Made by a program: the position numbers and the translations under genes | Notes under the pieces: generated by a model | What the model was told of the DNA's origin: nothing | The model's database searches: none | What the model saw: the letters and a program-made list of their open reading frames with translations, nothing else | Shown: piece after piece, positions 10,200 to 25,439 of the stretch | Layout of the letters: each line of letters opens with the position of its first letter | How positions within the stretch are numbered: position 1 is the stretch's first letter | Assembly: GCF_006345805.1 (NCBI RefSeq) | Contig: NC_042997.1 | Coordinates: 53,258,001 to 53,322,000 of the forward strand | Direction of reading: 5' to 3' | Origin: Octopus sinensis | Taxonomy: Eukaryota | DNA: 64,000 nt

Positions 10200-13100
10200 C
10201 GTTACGTTACAAATACCTTGCCTCGACGGGCAGGTTTTGATACATCCAAAAGCATGCTATGTAAAGTTTATTTTTGGGTCCTCTTCATTGTTTAGTAGTA
10301 GTAAATACCGAGAGAGATTGAATGATGTTGTAAGAGAACAGAATTGGAGCTAGTGAGAGAGTGTGGGACGTTGTCTTTCTTTTTCCCTCTGCCTGTTTGT
10401 CTGCCTACCTCCATGATTCTAGTGGTCAGTTTTCACTAACTGATGTTAGCTCTCTCTCAACTCACGAGTTTGTCACCAAGGCAACCAACTCCGTTGAGTC
10501 GTCACGACCGTGACGAACTGATTTTTGCTTGGGGGTATGCTTGCTTATATAACTATCCAGAAAGATAGATATATCACTGAGAACAATAGATTTAGTTGGT
10601 GATCTTGTTATCTCTATTTTAGCTTTTGGTGAAGTAGAAGAGGTTAGAAAGGGTCAAGTAGTGAAGACATTATTTCAGCCTAGCTAAAGGCACCTGGAAA
10701 ATGTAAAACTACTGTCAGAGAAAAACCATTGTTCCATCGTGGGAAAAGTTCTGTTGCCGTGTTAATTTAAATTTGGCTGTGGTGGATCGAATCCACTTCA
10801 TTCTTGCAAAATTCACCACATGATCGACATTCCTTTTCTTTATTTTCGAGGCACGAAACTTGTCATCTGGAATAATTATTATTCATGAGTCATAGTTCAG
10901 AGTTAGATTATCACTAAAATTTGATAGATATTGTATTGTTAATCTTCTTCAACAAATAAAATCGGATTTCTAAATGTGTAAGAAACATTCTGTTGTGTAT
11001 AGTTTATCCTTCAAATTTGTCGTTAGTCTGCCTCGAGCTTTCTTGTTCATTAAACCGATTTTGAAAGCATTTAGGCTGAGAGTACTTGTGGCGTTTCTCA
11101 GTTCGAAGAGTTTCACAGGTAGATACTGTTAAATGTCGACACACAAAGAGAATCATTTATTAATAGGGGCGAGTTATAGGCTTTTGGTATATTGGGGTGT
11201 ACTAGATGTTCTTTATGAATGATCATTCCACCACGGATTGCCCTTTCAGACATTTTATTCATCACCAGATCTTTGAAAAGCAGAATCCATTGTGAAAGAG
11301 GGAATGCTAAAATAATTTACCGCATATAAGCCACCGTCTTTTTTTTGTTTACTTTCTAAATGTCTCAAGCATGTCAATTAGCAGGTAAATATCAAGCATT
11401 AGAAAAAAAAATGAAAAAGAAAGCAACCGTTGTATTTATTTCGATCAACCTTCACCCTATTTTAGCTGCTCTGTATACCTTAGTCCTTCAGATAACCAAC
11501 AGGGACCAGCTTATACACTCCGTTCGTCTGATCTAGCTGACTTTTATCAATCTTTTTTTGACGAGTAGATTAAATCCAAGTGTTAATACTCGTACAAAAC
11601 TTTCTGAACTAAGAAATGTCGCAAGTATTGTATAATTTAAGAGGTACTACTGGAAAAAAAGTTTAGATACACTTCATTTTTATTTGAATAGAAACCTAGC
11701 TTATTGTAAAGAATTATAATCGTTTTTATGAATCCATCAGCTTATTTGAAGGATCAATATATAGATTCAACACCAGCTATTATTGATTGCATTAAGTTTT
11801 GCTGTCTGAACAAGTCGAAAGCTTTGTGAAGATTTTGGATATGGAAGGTCAGTGCTGAACAATTCAAAGTTTACTAGATTTTTGAATGGAAAATCGTTCA
11901 TTTATGAAATATTTCTGCGATCAAATTTATGACAGTGCCACCGATATAAGTATATACAAACATAGATTAAAGAACTGAATGAATTTATGGAATACATTTT
12001 GGAAAATATACCGCTGAATATTGTGAAGAAGCATTATTTGCATATATTCTTTTCTGATCTCCTTTCTGGTATACTATCCGATAGTGATGCGCATTTGCTG
12101 ATTGTGAAAAGTATGTCAGACATCAGATAATTAGCTTGTGTAAGTGCAACAAAAGTACTTTTACACAGTTTTTCAGCAATAAAAACAACACTTGAACAAC
12201 GTTTCAAATATCAATGTTCAGAAAATATGATGTAGACGACAAACTCATTTTTAATGATGAAGCTGAAAACGAGAATAATAGTTATTTTGTGGGATAAAGA
12301 ATTACAGGGTTGTTAAGTGGCCAGTGTTTCTTGGTAATTTTTTTTTATCAAGACTTGAAAATAACTTCTTAGCTTATGTATCTTTCTTAATCTGTACATG
12401 GATATATTAAATCAATGCATTTATTTTATGAAACACAGAAAAAAAAAAAAAAGACAACTAGGATTTAACTTATCAATTGCATACGCCAAAAACAAAAACA
12501 AAATCGCAGCAATGATGATTTCAGCAGTTCCATCATCCCTAAATCACTTGTTGAAACTCAAAGGTTTTATTAGAAAGTTAAAAGCCAAATATTTCTTATT
12601 ATTTTTGGTAGCTTAACTTTCTGCCCAGTCAGAAACATCAGAAAGCTTATCAAAGAGTGAATGAATGAGTTGAACTCCTTCATCGGTAATTGCCATAAAG
12701 ATCATAATATCTTGTTAAAATATACCGTAAATCCTCGAGTATAGTCCGCCCTTGAGTATAAGACGCGGGGGATTTTTAGGGGGCTGTACCTCTGAAAAAC
12801 CTAAACCGTTTGTATAATACGCACCCCTTCTCTAACTTGAGTCAAGGAGGTCTATATAACGTTCTTGGTTTGTACAAATGTATACGGTAACGTACTTTAT
12901 TATTATTGTATACATAACATAATGCAAACGTGTAGCATTTTTGTGCATTTTGTTTGCAGAAAATAAAGAAATAGCAGTAATAGTGTTTAAGAAATGTTGC
13001 TTACTGCAAGTTATGGATGATTCTTTTATAACTTCATTGCGTCTGAATAAACATTGCCGGACAGCAAATCGAGACTTGGACATTGCTTAGAAAATATTTT

Positions 13101-13400
13101 TGATTTTTAACCCCGTGTATAATACGCACTAGGGATTTTGACCTTTGAATTTTGGGAAAAAAATGCGGATTATACTCGAGGATTTACGGTATCCAGAACA
13201 TCCGATAGAAAGACTTCATAAAGAATTTTTACAGTTTACAAAATTGTAAAACTTGATCTTGCTTCTCATTGCCATTAAACAAGACTTGGTTGAGTTACAG
13301 TTTTACTGTTTATTAACAGGCAATTCCTCGGAGGTTTGTCTTACAAATATAGAAATGCCTCGTGGTTACCACCCGTAGTCTTCACTGCAAGTGGCAACCA
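10200..13400 (-). pseudogene. Decayed Maverick/Polinton protein-primed DNA polymerase B
   Basis: Collinear motifs across frameshifts: QKVLYEY (~11600), MLDIYLLIDMLETFRK (11399-11352), YAVNYFSIPSFTMDSAF (~11325-11280), MSERAIRGG (11253-11227), QYLPVK (~11125), TELVAL (~10490). Boundaries approximate; the N-terminal extension beyond 12200 is weak. Confidence 0.8.
12725..13189. mobile_element. pogo/Tigger-type MITE, 465 bp
   Basis: TIRs CCGTAAATCCTCGAGTATA(G/A)TCCGC at both ends; TA at 12723-12724 and 13190-13191. Confidence 0.9.
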
Positions 13401-13762
13401 TTTTAAAAACTACCAAAAATTAAAAGTGGATTAGAAGCACCATGGGCCAAAAACAGAATGAACAATTTCGCTGTTATGAGCATTGAACATAAACACATGC
13501 GTGAAATAAATATTTCCAGTATCACCAACATATTTGCTAACATTAAATTTGGAATCTATGACGTCAAAAACGAAAAAAAAAAAAGGAGAAAAATAATAGA
13601 ATCATTCATTGTTTTAGAAATAGGAACAAATAATTTTAAATGTACCCAATTAATTTTCTTTTTCTGCCAAAGTAAATAAGTCCAAGTTAAATATTTTCCG
13701 TCTTTCAGTCAGATTACGTGTGTTTAATGCTATTTTTCTATTTCTCTCCCCCCTCTCTCTCT

Positions 13763-13880
<118 letters not shown>

Positions 13881-14054
13881 ACAAGTAAATGAGATGACAA
13901 AGGAATAAATGATTATTTTATGAACTTCATTAGCTTACGGCTGTTTCTGCTATAAGATGCAGTAGACTCAAAGCTGAGTGCCTGAGTAATATAGCTTCGT
14001 CAGAGCTTCGAATATGAAGTGTGCAATTTAATTGGGAAAATAATTACATTTATG

Positions 14055-14106
<52 letters not shown>

Positions 14107-14518
14107 TACATATATATATATACAGGAGAAAACATTACCAACGAGTAAGTAAACACCTACGACGGGGATGAAAATCAAGGACTCTCTTACAAACTATTAT
14201 GAACTGTGTATAATTTGCCAACTTTTTCTTTCACTTCATGCAACTATATTTGTTCTACATGCTTTTATGTTCTAACTGCTAATCGTTTGCTTTCCCAAAT
14301 AAACTTACATTTCATTTCATAAGCTCCATAGAAGCCATAGAAGCGCTCAGCTCTGAATGCACTGCACCTTAGAGCAGAAACAACTGTAAGGTAATGAAGT
14401 TGATTACATAATTCCTGTTCCCTTGTTATTTATTGAATTTCAAATTACGCTCTTTATTCTGAACCATATGTATATTGAGTTCTAACACTAGGTTATTAGT
14501 ATCGCTATGCCTAAGCGA

Positions 14519-14670
14519 AGACGCGTAGCTCAGTGGTTAGAGCGTCGGGCTCACAGTCATGAAGTAGTGAGTTTGATTCCTGGACCGGGCTGTGTGTTGT
14601 GTTCTTGAGCAAGACACTTTATTTCACGTTGCTCCAGTTCACTCATCTGTAAAAATGAGTTGCGACGTCA
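14519..14670 (+). mobile_element. SINE family D 5' half (tRNA head plus central domain)
   Basis: TAGCTCAGTGG A box, GAGTTTGATTCC B box, GTGTTGTGTTCTTGAGCAAGACACTT central domain; related copy at ~53400-53565 (-). Confidence 0.8.
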
Positions 14671-16660
<1,990 letters not shown>

Positions 16661-17204
16661 GTTTTGATAGATGTGACTTAGTATTGAAATGTTATTTATA
16701 TTTTCTTTTTTCTCCTACCTCTGGTATTATTTGCGCTTCTCTATTCTGCTTGACAGATTAATTCCGTTTCTCCGTAATTAAGCCACTGACCTTTATTTCA
16801 GTAATGATATTCATACAACAAATAATGCCGGGGTTATAATAGCTGATACAAACTTGTTGAGGAATTACTTTATGGCTGTTAGTGTACTTGTTATTGCGTT
16901 TAGATATTCGACCTCGATGATGTGACTTTATCATGGTGTGTGTGTGCGATTTGGTTTGCGCGTTGTACACGTATTTGTCTGTGAGTGTATATGCGGTTGA
17001 GAAGTTCGCTTCGCAAATACCTGGTTTCGGATTCGATTTCACTTTGCTGCATATTAAGGAAATGTCTTCTGTCACAGCTTCGTATCGACCGAATGAAAGG
17101 CACACCTTGCAGAAGAGGATGGCGGAACAGTTTTTATTAGTGGGTAATATAATTAATAACTGTTTTTCTTTTACACACTGGATCTCGTGGAAGATCAAGT
17201 ACAA

Positions 17205-17400
17205 AGACTGACGAGATTGGCAAAATACTTAGCGGCATTTTGTCGGTCTTTATGTCCTGAGTTCAAATTCCGCCGAGGTCGACTTTGCCTTTCATCTTTT
17301 CCTACTTCGATAAAATAAGAAGCAGCTGAGCTTGGGTTCGATGTAAAAGACTTACTTTCTCCCACGAAATTGTTGGCCTTATGCCAAAATTTGATATAAA
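17205..17400 (+). mobile_element. SINE family B, degenerate
   Basis: CTGAGTTCAAATTCCGCCGAGGTCGACTTTGCCTTTCATC core. Confidence 0.75.
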
Positions 17401-17529
17401 TATTCTTTTTGAACTATTGTAAATCAACAGCTACGAAAAAGACATGACCAACGTTCTGAGAAGGAAGGACTGAATTTAGTGACTCGTGTGAAGTCCTGGC
17501 GCTTTGGACGTAATAAGGACCATGAAAGG

Positions 17530-19060
17530 AAGAAACAAATAGGCTAGGAAAACTTGAATTGAGGTGGCATGACACCAGTCAACTCCGTGGAACGTAGGTC
17601 ATTATAGTATCAGCAGAAAAGCCAGAGTGAGGTGGCAGCGAGCTTGTGAGCCAGAGACTGGAACGTGTCTGTGGGTAGCTTTATATCAGTCAGTCTGTGT
17701 TTATAGCAGTTGTACTATGCCAGATATCTGAACATTATTCCACTGTGGGCCTTACTTCAGTTGTGTAGAATGTCAATAATTACTGGGGACTGAAGTACCT
17801 TCTGGCCATAAAGACAGGACCAATCGTTGGAAAGCGGTCCTAGCTAAGTTAAGGATGTGCTTTCGCCAGTAGAAATACTCGGTGTTAGTGGGCCACATTT
17901 TTGGAGCGATTATGAAGACTGTATTTGTTTGCTGTTCATGATTAAATGGGTATGTGTTACAAGAATGGTTTCTTTATATAAGAAGCATTTGTGTTGTCTT
18001 GCAGTTGAAAGAGACAAGATTGGCATAATTCCGTGGGAGGATGCTTTCTTGGTCTCTGTTCATGAAATCGGTGCGGATTTGGCGTGTGGTGTCTAGTTTG
18101 AGTGTGGATCATACAAGGTTGGGAATGGTTAGGGAAGAATGAAGGTAGGTCATTGAGTTACGGAAAGTGAGGAGCAAACTCGAACGCTGAAGTTGATAGG
18201 GCGAGGAATAAAAAGAGATCCTTTAATACAGGCGGCGATAGGAAGCTACTGGTTCAGGAAATAAAAGTTGAGTGGATTTCGATAGGAGATTTGCATGCCA
18301 GACACAATCGGAAGCTTTGCTGACGTCGATGGCGACAGCCACTCGTTAGTGGGTCACATAGGAGAGTAGGTTACCAATGGATCTAGCTTCACGGAAACTG
18401 TACTGTTGATAATTAAGGGGGAGAGAAAGAGGAGGAAATAGTGGGTTAGGGTTAGAGAGAAAGAAGGGGAGAGAAAGAAATAAAGTGTGTGTGTGAGAGA
18501 GAGAGAGAGGTCCATAGTATTAGAAAAAGTTGTTGTTAATAGCTTTCTCCAGTATCTTAGAGGTACAGGAAGAGATTGCGATAGTGCAATAGTTAGCACG
18601 ATCAGAAAGGTTGCCTTTCTTTGGAATGGGACACACATTAGCGCGTCTGCAAAGACCAGGGAGGATCCCTGTAGGAAGTGGGAGATTGAAGTTTTTGGTT
18701 TGTATAGGGGCCAGCTCTTGGGCTCAACATTTGAGAGTAATACAAGGAACAGTGTAAATGAGGGCGACCTTGCTTGTTTCAAGCGACTTGAGTTACTCAT
18801 CTGGTTATATCCTGGACCTGGAAGGACGAGAGGAGATAAATTTTGGAAGAGATTTGTCAAGGGAATGCCGTGAAGAATTGGCTGCAAAGCAGGAAGCGAA
18901 AGTGGAGGCTTTCTCCGTGGAGGTGCAGCTCACAGAGCATAATTATTGTGAAGTTGCCCGGTTTAATATGGCCATCTAACCCTTGGATGCCTTTGGCAGG
19001 TTTCACTCAGTTGCAAGCATTGAGACCAGAACTCAGCTCTTAGGATGATTTCTTCTCTTG
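17530..19060 (-). mobile_element. Decayed CR1/L2-group (Daphne/Crack-like) LINE RT
   Basis: ANVCPIPKKGNLSDRANYCTIAISSCTSKILEK, VAIDVSKASDCVWH and SLWLFC*YYNDLRSTEL are collinear. Confidence 0.85.
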
Positions 19061-19228
19061 CACTTAACGTGTCCTGCAAGCCCTAACGAGGGTCATGGGA
19101 ATAAATTCTTTCCTCTGACTTAGTCTGTGGAGCAAAACAAAAGGAAAAGAACAACGAAACATACATGTATGCAAATGCATGTATATACGTGAATATGTAC
19201 ATGTAATATATATATATATATATATATA

Positions 19229-20501
19229 CACAAGGGTTGGACAAAATAATGGAAACACCTAGCATCATAGCATCATAATTTTGAAATGTCTATAAAGTCG
19301 TCAAAAGCTTGTTTATTTTTATGTTTTTTGATTTAGTGTTGCTTAATATGTTCTGCTAAAATTGCTGTTTCTTTTCAGATATCATTGGAAAAAGGTAATT
19401 AAAATTCATTAAAATGACAGATCTATCGGACTTTCAAAGAGGTCAAATTGTTGGTGCTCGTATGGCAGGTACTAGCGTAACGAAAACAGCCGAAATGTTT
19501 GGTGTACCAAGAAGTACTGTCACGAAAGTAATGACAGCCTTTGAGAAAGAGAGAAAAAACCTCCTCATCGAAACAAAACTCAAGAAAAAAACCAAAACTT
19601 TCAGATAGGGACCGTCGGATTCTTACGCGAATTGTTCGAAAGAATCACAAAAGTACAGCCCCCAAAATTACTGCAGAGCTTAATGACCACCTCGAGAACA
19701 CAATTTCCACAAAAACTGTTCGCCGGGAGTTGCACAAAGCCGAATTTCACGGGAGGGCTGCAATCAGAAAACCACTACTTTCAACAACAAATGTTGCAAA
19801 GCGTTTAGAGTGAAGTATAAACCTACAGAATTGGTCCCTAGAGCAGTGGAAGAATGTTATTTTCTCGGACGAGTTATCCTTTACCTTATTTCCGACCACT
19901 GTCCGAGTATACGTGTGGAGACAGCCAAAAGAAGCATTTGGCCCAAACTGCCTTCTTCCAGTTGTTAAACATGGAGGAGGATCTGTGATGATCTGGGGGA
20001 CTATATCTTGGAAATCAGCCGGTCCAATGGTTTCCCATCATGGCAGAATTAATAGTCAAGACTGTTTAAGTATTTTATCTGATCAAATTTATCCTATGGT
20101 TGCGGAACTGTTTCCGGAGGGAAACGCAGTCTTTCAGGATGATAATGCACCAATTCACACAGCTAAAGTTGTAACTGAATGACACGAGGGACATTCTAGT
20201 CAAGTTGAACATCTTATCTGGCCACCACAGTCTCCAGAACTCAATATTATTGAACATTTATGGTGCATTTTTGAAAAAATAAGTAAGGAGTCGATATCCT
20301 CCACCATCATCACTACAAGAACTGGAGACTGTTTTAGCTGAAGAATGGACAAAAATTCTTTTGGAAACAATTGAAACTTTGTACGAGTCCATACCTCGTA
20401 GCATTCAAACTGTAATTACTGCCAAAGGCGGTCCTACCTCATATTAAAATAAATTCGTTTGAAATTTTAAGGAGTTTCCATTATTTTGTCCAATCCCTGT
20501 G
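19229..20501 (+). mobile_element. Full-length inactive Tc1-like transposon with DD36E spacing (Incomer-like)
   Basis: ~31-bp TIRs CAC(A)GGG(T/A)TTGGACAAAATAATGGAAAC, TA flanks. Transposase ATG at 19414, FSDE, QDDNAPIH, WPPQSPELNIIE; 36 codons between 2nd D and E. Frameshift and stops present. Confidence 0.92.
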
Positions 20502-22739
20502 TATATATATGTAATACACGTGTATGTGTTCACGTCTGCGTACACAGTGTGCGTTAACTTTTATGTGGGTATGTGTTTATCTATTTAGCATGTACACCTG
20601 TGTATGAATATGTGTGTATGTGTTTGTGCGTGAGCGCGCATACACGTGTGCGTTAGTGCTAGCGCAATGGTGTATTAATTTGCATGTGTGCGCGATATGT
20701 ACGTCTGGTTGTATAGTATAAGTATTTCCCTGATTACGAGAATTTGTTTTAGTGTCCTGGTGTGGCCATGTGGTGCGAGTGAATGTTAATGGTTAGTGTG
20801 TGAGTGTATGTTAGTGCAAGCATGCTACTCGGTGCTTGTTAGTAGATTGTGTGTATGTGTGAGCCAGCATTTCGTGTATATTTATTTAATTGTATGAGTG
20901 GTATGTTGTGGTGTATATATATATGTAGTATAGTGTTTGGGTTACAATGTTTTTCCACGTCAATATGTGTTTTTGTCGGATGGTAAATTAGTGTTTTAGT
21001 ATATGGACTGTTGAATTAGTACCGTATCTCCTAAGATGGGCATTAGTTGAGGTATATGCAGTTTGTTCTGTGTATGTGTGCGTGTGCGTGTGTGTATATG
21101 TGCGTGTATGTGCGTGTGTATGTGTGTGTGTATGTGTGAGATAAAGAGAGAGAGAGAGAGAGAGAGGAGAGAGACGGAAATAAAAGAAAGAGAAAGTGAG
21201 AGAGAAGAGAAAGAGAAATAGCGAGAGAGAGAGAGAGAGAGAGAGTGAGAGAGAGAGAGAGAGAGCGCATGTATATGAATGAATCTGTGTATATGTGGCG
21301 ACAGAGACAGGTGAAGTCATAGTCTACTTCATTATTTACCAAAGTAGGCAGGAGAAACGGGATCCATGAAAGTGGTCGTCCGTTTACCTTCACTGACAGT
21401 TGTCAGTAGCACCTGTCGACAACATTGCCCCCTCCTCCCACCTCGCCCATTCTCGCCCACGCTCTTCTCCGTCCACCTCTAGTTACTTTCCTTACACACT
21501 TCAATTTATCGCTATCTATCCTTCCACTAAAAGTAGTACAACCAACACTAAAGTGAGTTTTCAAAGACAGTTGACAAATAAACCATAAGAAGAGCCAATA
21601 TTTGTTGTTTACGTTAGTGGCTAAGGAGTAGGAAAGGTGTTTCACCTTCTTTCTCTTTCAAATCTTTTCATGTCTGTATACTATTTCCAACTGCTGGTTT
21701 AATCAGACTCTCTTAAGCTCCACAGGTGCTCAAGTTGTCCAAAGGTAAAAAAAAAAGAAAATGGAAGTAGCTGTAAATAACCGTTAGGAGGTATTGGTAC
21801 CCTGCAATGGGACGTATTCACATGTTTCGAATTCATTGGATGCAAAGTGCTAATAAACTTAATTTAATGAAGCACAAAGCTAAATGTACATTATGCATAT
21901 ATGCACAAGGGAATACCATAATCCAGTACTGTCATTTTTCTTGTCCTGACGGCATGACACTCAAAATAGAGTGTGCAACTGTTCAAATACATATACATAT
22001 GTGCACACGTGCCCTGTAAAAACACACCCGGCGCATTTTTTAACTATTAAACTGGTTTGGAATTGAAGTACGTTGGAACATTGAACACGTCAGATGCATA
22101 CTTGAGATAACAGCTAACGTTTCTTAAGAAACAAAGTGAGGAAAAGAAAGAAAGAAAAAAAAACGCAAGTTTAAAATAACTGGCTGTTCATTAAAAAATG
22201 TGACATACGTGAGAATATAATACCCTTTCAAAGAATTTTGGAAAATTTCTACTATATTTTGCAATGTTGCAATGTTTGCTAAAGGAAAAAAAAGGCCATT
22301 CTAAAAGTCTGATTAGATAATCTAAACTTACAGAACTCTGTACAGTTCTTTGAGTGACACATTGGATCTTGAAATATATACAATACAGTGCTTACAGAAG
22401 TTGACAATTTTTTTAATATTTCGAAGACTTCAAATCTCATGTCGTTGTTATAAACATATTTTTCGATATGGATAAAACTAACGGAATAACAAAATAAATA
22501 TAAACAAATTTAAAGAAGGTGGCAATATAGTGAAAGAAAAACAATTTTGACAGCTCTTTTGATATTATCAAGAATCAGTAAATAGTGGGCAATGTACTCA
22601 AATGATATTCCAGGTAAGTCTTCATTTATTGATTTAGACCCTCTTTTTAACAAAACTTATCTAAACACATGGTAATATCATATCATCTAATTGTTATCCG
22701 GAATTTTAAATGTTTTCTAGTTTTGGACAATCTGGAAAG

Positions 22740-22905
22740 CAGGGCCTGCCCAAGGGTTGCTGGCGCCTCGGGCAAGCTGAACTTCGGCGTGTACAAGCTG
22801 ATGGTCGTGGAAATTTCCTTGTTTTTGTCACGTCTTCCTTGGCGCCCCCTAGTGCATGGTGCCCCGAGCGACTCCCCGAGTTGCCGGTACCTTGAGCCGG
22901 CCCAG
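22740..22905. mobile_element. GC-rich hAT MITE, 166 bp
   Basis: TIRs CAGGGCCTGCCCAAGG / CCTTGAGCCGGCCCAG; 8-bp TSD CTGGAAAG / CTGGAAGG. Confidence 0.8.
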
Positions 22906-24546
22906 CTGGAAGGATACTTGAAATAATGTGTGATTGTTTACGTGATTATTTTATTTTTACCTCCATACTAACACGGCAGTAAATGTCATTTTCTACTTTT
23001 TAAAAACTTATAAAAAAGAATATTTGTAAAAAATATAAGATAAAGCAGAAAAAATTTTCTGACTGGAGAAAACATGATATTGTGAGAAGAATTTTGATGT
23101 TGTGATGTAAATGAAGCAAAATCGTTACACCTGGAATGTAAACATGGCCAGGATCTACAATCTTTAGGAACATAGCTCTGTTGTAAAGTAGTCTTTTGTT
23201 TGCTGATATCGTGTTTTCTAAAACTATTAAATGTATTAAAATGTATTAAATGTATTAAAATGTATTAAATGTATTAAAAGTAATTACTAAATGTAATTTA
23301 GAATTATATTACATGAGATCAATAATCATTATATTCTCAATGTCATTAATACTGCATTTGATCAGTCCCATCTAGAACCGTTACATGTTAGTTTTTGAAT
23401 ATCAGTTCCTAATCAAGAGAATTTAATTTCTTTTAAAATGGTATTTCTGGTTGCCTTTTCCTGTTTCAGTGTATTGTATTTGTCCATTTACGCTGTGATA
23501 TTTATGTCTTACTCAAAGATAATTATATAATTAGAAGTAAAATTGCTTCAAATGGAATTCAAAACCACTTTACAGAATCGGATTGGATGAACCTATCAGT
23601 TTTTGTGACGTGTAAATAACCAGCATTAAATTTGACTCTGGAATGCTTTTCAAGTCCTAACAACATATTTGAGATTAATTGGTCCAAGTTAATTTAATTG
23701 CTACTACTCTTGTTCATAATAAGTCATCTTGATCGATAATGATAACGATAATGATATCACTTGGCCGGTTGGGCGACTTGCCCAGACCAATGTAACACCT
23801 CCACGTGTGATGAGGCGGGATCTATGGCCTAGGTTTTAGTCACTCTAGTTGGTCTTTTGCAAGCTGAAATACCTCCTTTGCGCTCGCCATGACTACAGAT
23901 GATAGTAGTAGTTAACTGAACTGATTGATTGCAACCGTTGACAGTTTGTTGTTTATTCATACGTTCAGCATCTACTGATATTCGCCATTGATTCAATAAG
24001 TCCATCTGCCGAAATAGTTCACATCCCATATCCCATGATTTTAACGTACCCTAGCTCGGATAGTTACATGCTATCTAAAACATATCTGGGACCTTAACAA
24101 GTGCTACTGCTCCGGGTCAGAGTAGACCTGGCAACAATGGTGTCTAAGAGGTGGTTCCACACTCCTCAAAACCCTTAAAACTCCCGAACGAAGGTTCCAC
24201 TAGCGGATGCTATTAAAAGTCATATTCAGGACAAAGTAATTTGGTAGTCATGATTAATTGCTATAATTTATGTTAAATAACCAGTTTGATTCAAGAACAA
24301 TATCATTTTAAATTATAAAAACCAACATTCATTGGACGGATGACAAGCAAATCTTCAATTTAAGTTATTTACAAGCTGGTGAAAATCTCTGAACGTGAGT
24401 TGTAATTAATTTAGACAATTTTGTAGATTAAATACCGCTAGAGCATGGCAAAGTGAAACTAGAATTCGGTGAATGTGATGGCCTGCGTCGGATAATGGTA
24501 AAAGTTCTTAAAGCTGAATAAATTATTTTACAGTGATGAAGAAGAG

Positions 24547-24587
24547 AGATCTCTCCGATGAAGGGTTTTACCCGAAACGGGAGATCT
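24547..24587 (+). ncRNA. Degenerate type I hammerhead ribozyme motif
   Basis: AGATCTCT-CCGATGA-A-GGG tttta CCC-GAAAC-G-GGAGATCT; U4C change and the UH of the cleavage triplet is missing. Confidence 0.5.
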
Positions 24588-24701
24588 TGTTTTTATAAAT
24601 TTTTGTGTTTTATGTTATTTACATACTTTATATTTTATATTATTCTGTGACATAATTATATATTTCTTTTCACTAGAAACAAGGCTAAGTATTTTGTGTG
24701 T

Positions 24702-24791
<90 letters not shown>

Positions 24792-25145
24792 CTAGCAGTA
24801 TCGCCCGGCGTTGCTCGGTTTGTAAGGGAAGTAACTATAAAGCATTTTTAGAGAGTTATAGCCAAAAAATGGAAAAAAAATTATGGTAAATTTTTTTTGA
24901 GAGTTAAAAAGGTCGAGTTGCGTCCCCTAGACAGTCTGTGGTTTGTGTTTCTGATTCTCGACCCCATGTCAAATTTATCGATTTTTTTCAGAACTGGGGG
25001 AACTTTTCAAAATTTTCTCTGCGTTAGTTTTGATTATGACATTGGGCTATGTGTGTGTTAAGTTTCATCAGAATCGGTAGAAAACCGTGGTCAGGGTGAG
25101 GGTACAACCAAACAGACACACAAAAACACACACAGACAAACTGCC

Positions 25146-25190
<45 letters not shown>
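24792..25190 (-). mobile_element. Non-autonomous Helitron
   Basis: Minus-strand 3' end CCGAGCAACGCCGGGCGATACTGCTAG|T; 5' end ..TATATAAACGGCAGTTTGTC merges into (TA)n. Confidence 0.8.
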
Positions 25191-25195
<5 letters not shown>

Positions 25196-25439
25196 GGTTT
25201 AAGTAATTGAGATTCAAGTGAATTCTAATGAATTCACATGAATATGGTCCTTAACTAGGATGCACCGGAAATCTATATGGTGTTAACCATACGACAAGTG
25301 GGGTGATTACAAATAGGAAAAAAGCAACAAGAATGGATTAAAATCTCGGTACAAGAATGGATTAAAATCTTCAATGCAGTTAATCTTACACCCTCTTTTG
25401 TATCTACCCCTTTTGATGTTTGGGAATTCTCTGATGTTT

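Noticed and set aside
14519-14585. Functional tRNA gene (also 2424-2490)
   Set aside because: A and B boxes are present but the acceptor and anticodon stems do not pair, and SINE body follows.
21727-21745. 19-nt micro-exon candidate (CACAG|..AAG|GTAAAA)
   Set aside because: Weak donor and no supporting neighbouring exons.
22554-22613. Apparent exon (ACAG..CAG|GTAAGT)
   Set aside because: The best frame has a stop just upstream and protein-like sequence continues through the GTAAGT, so it is more likely part of an intronless relic.
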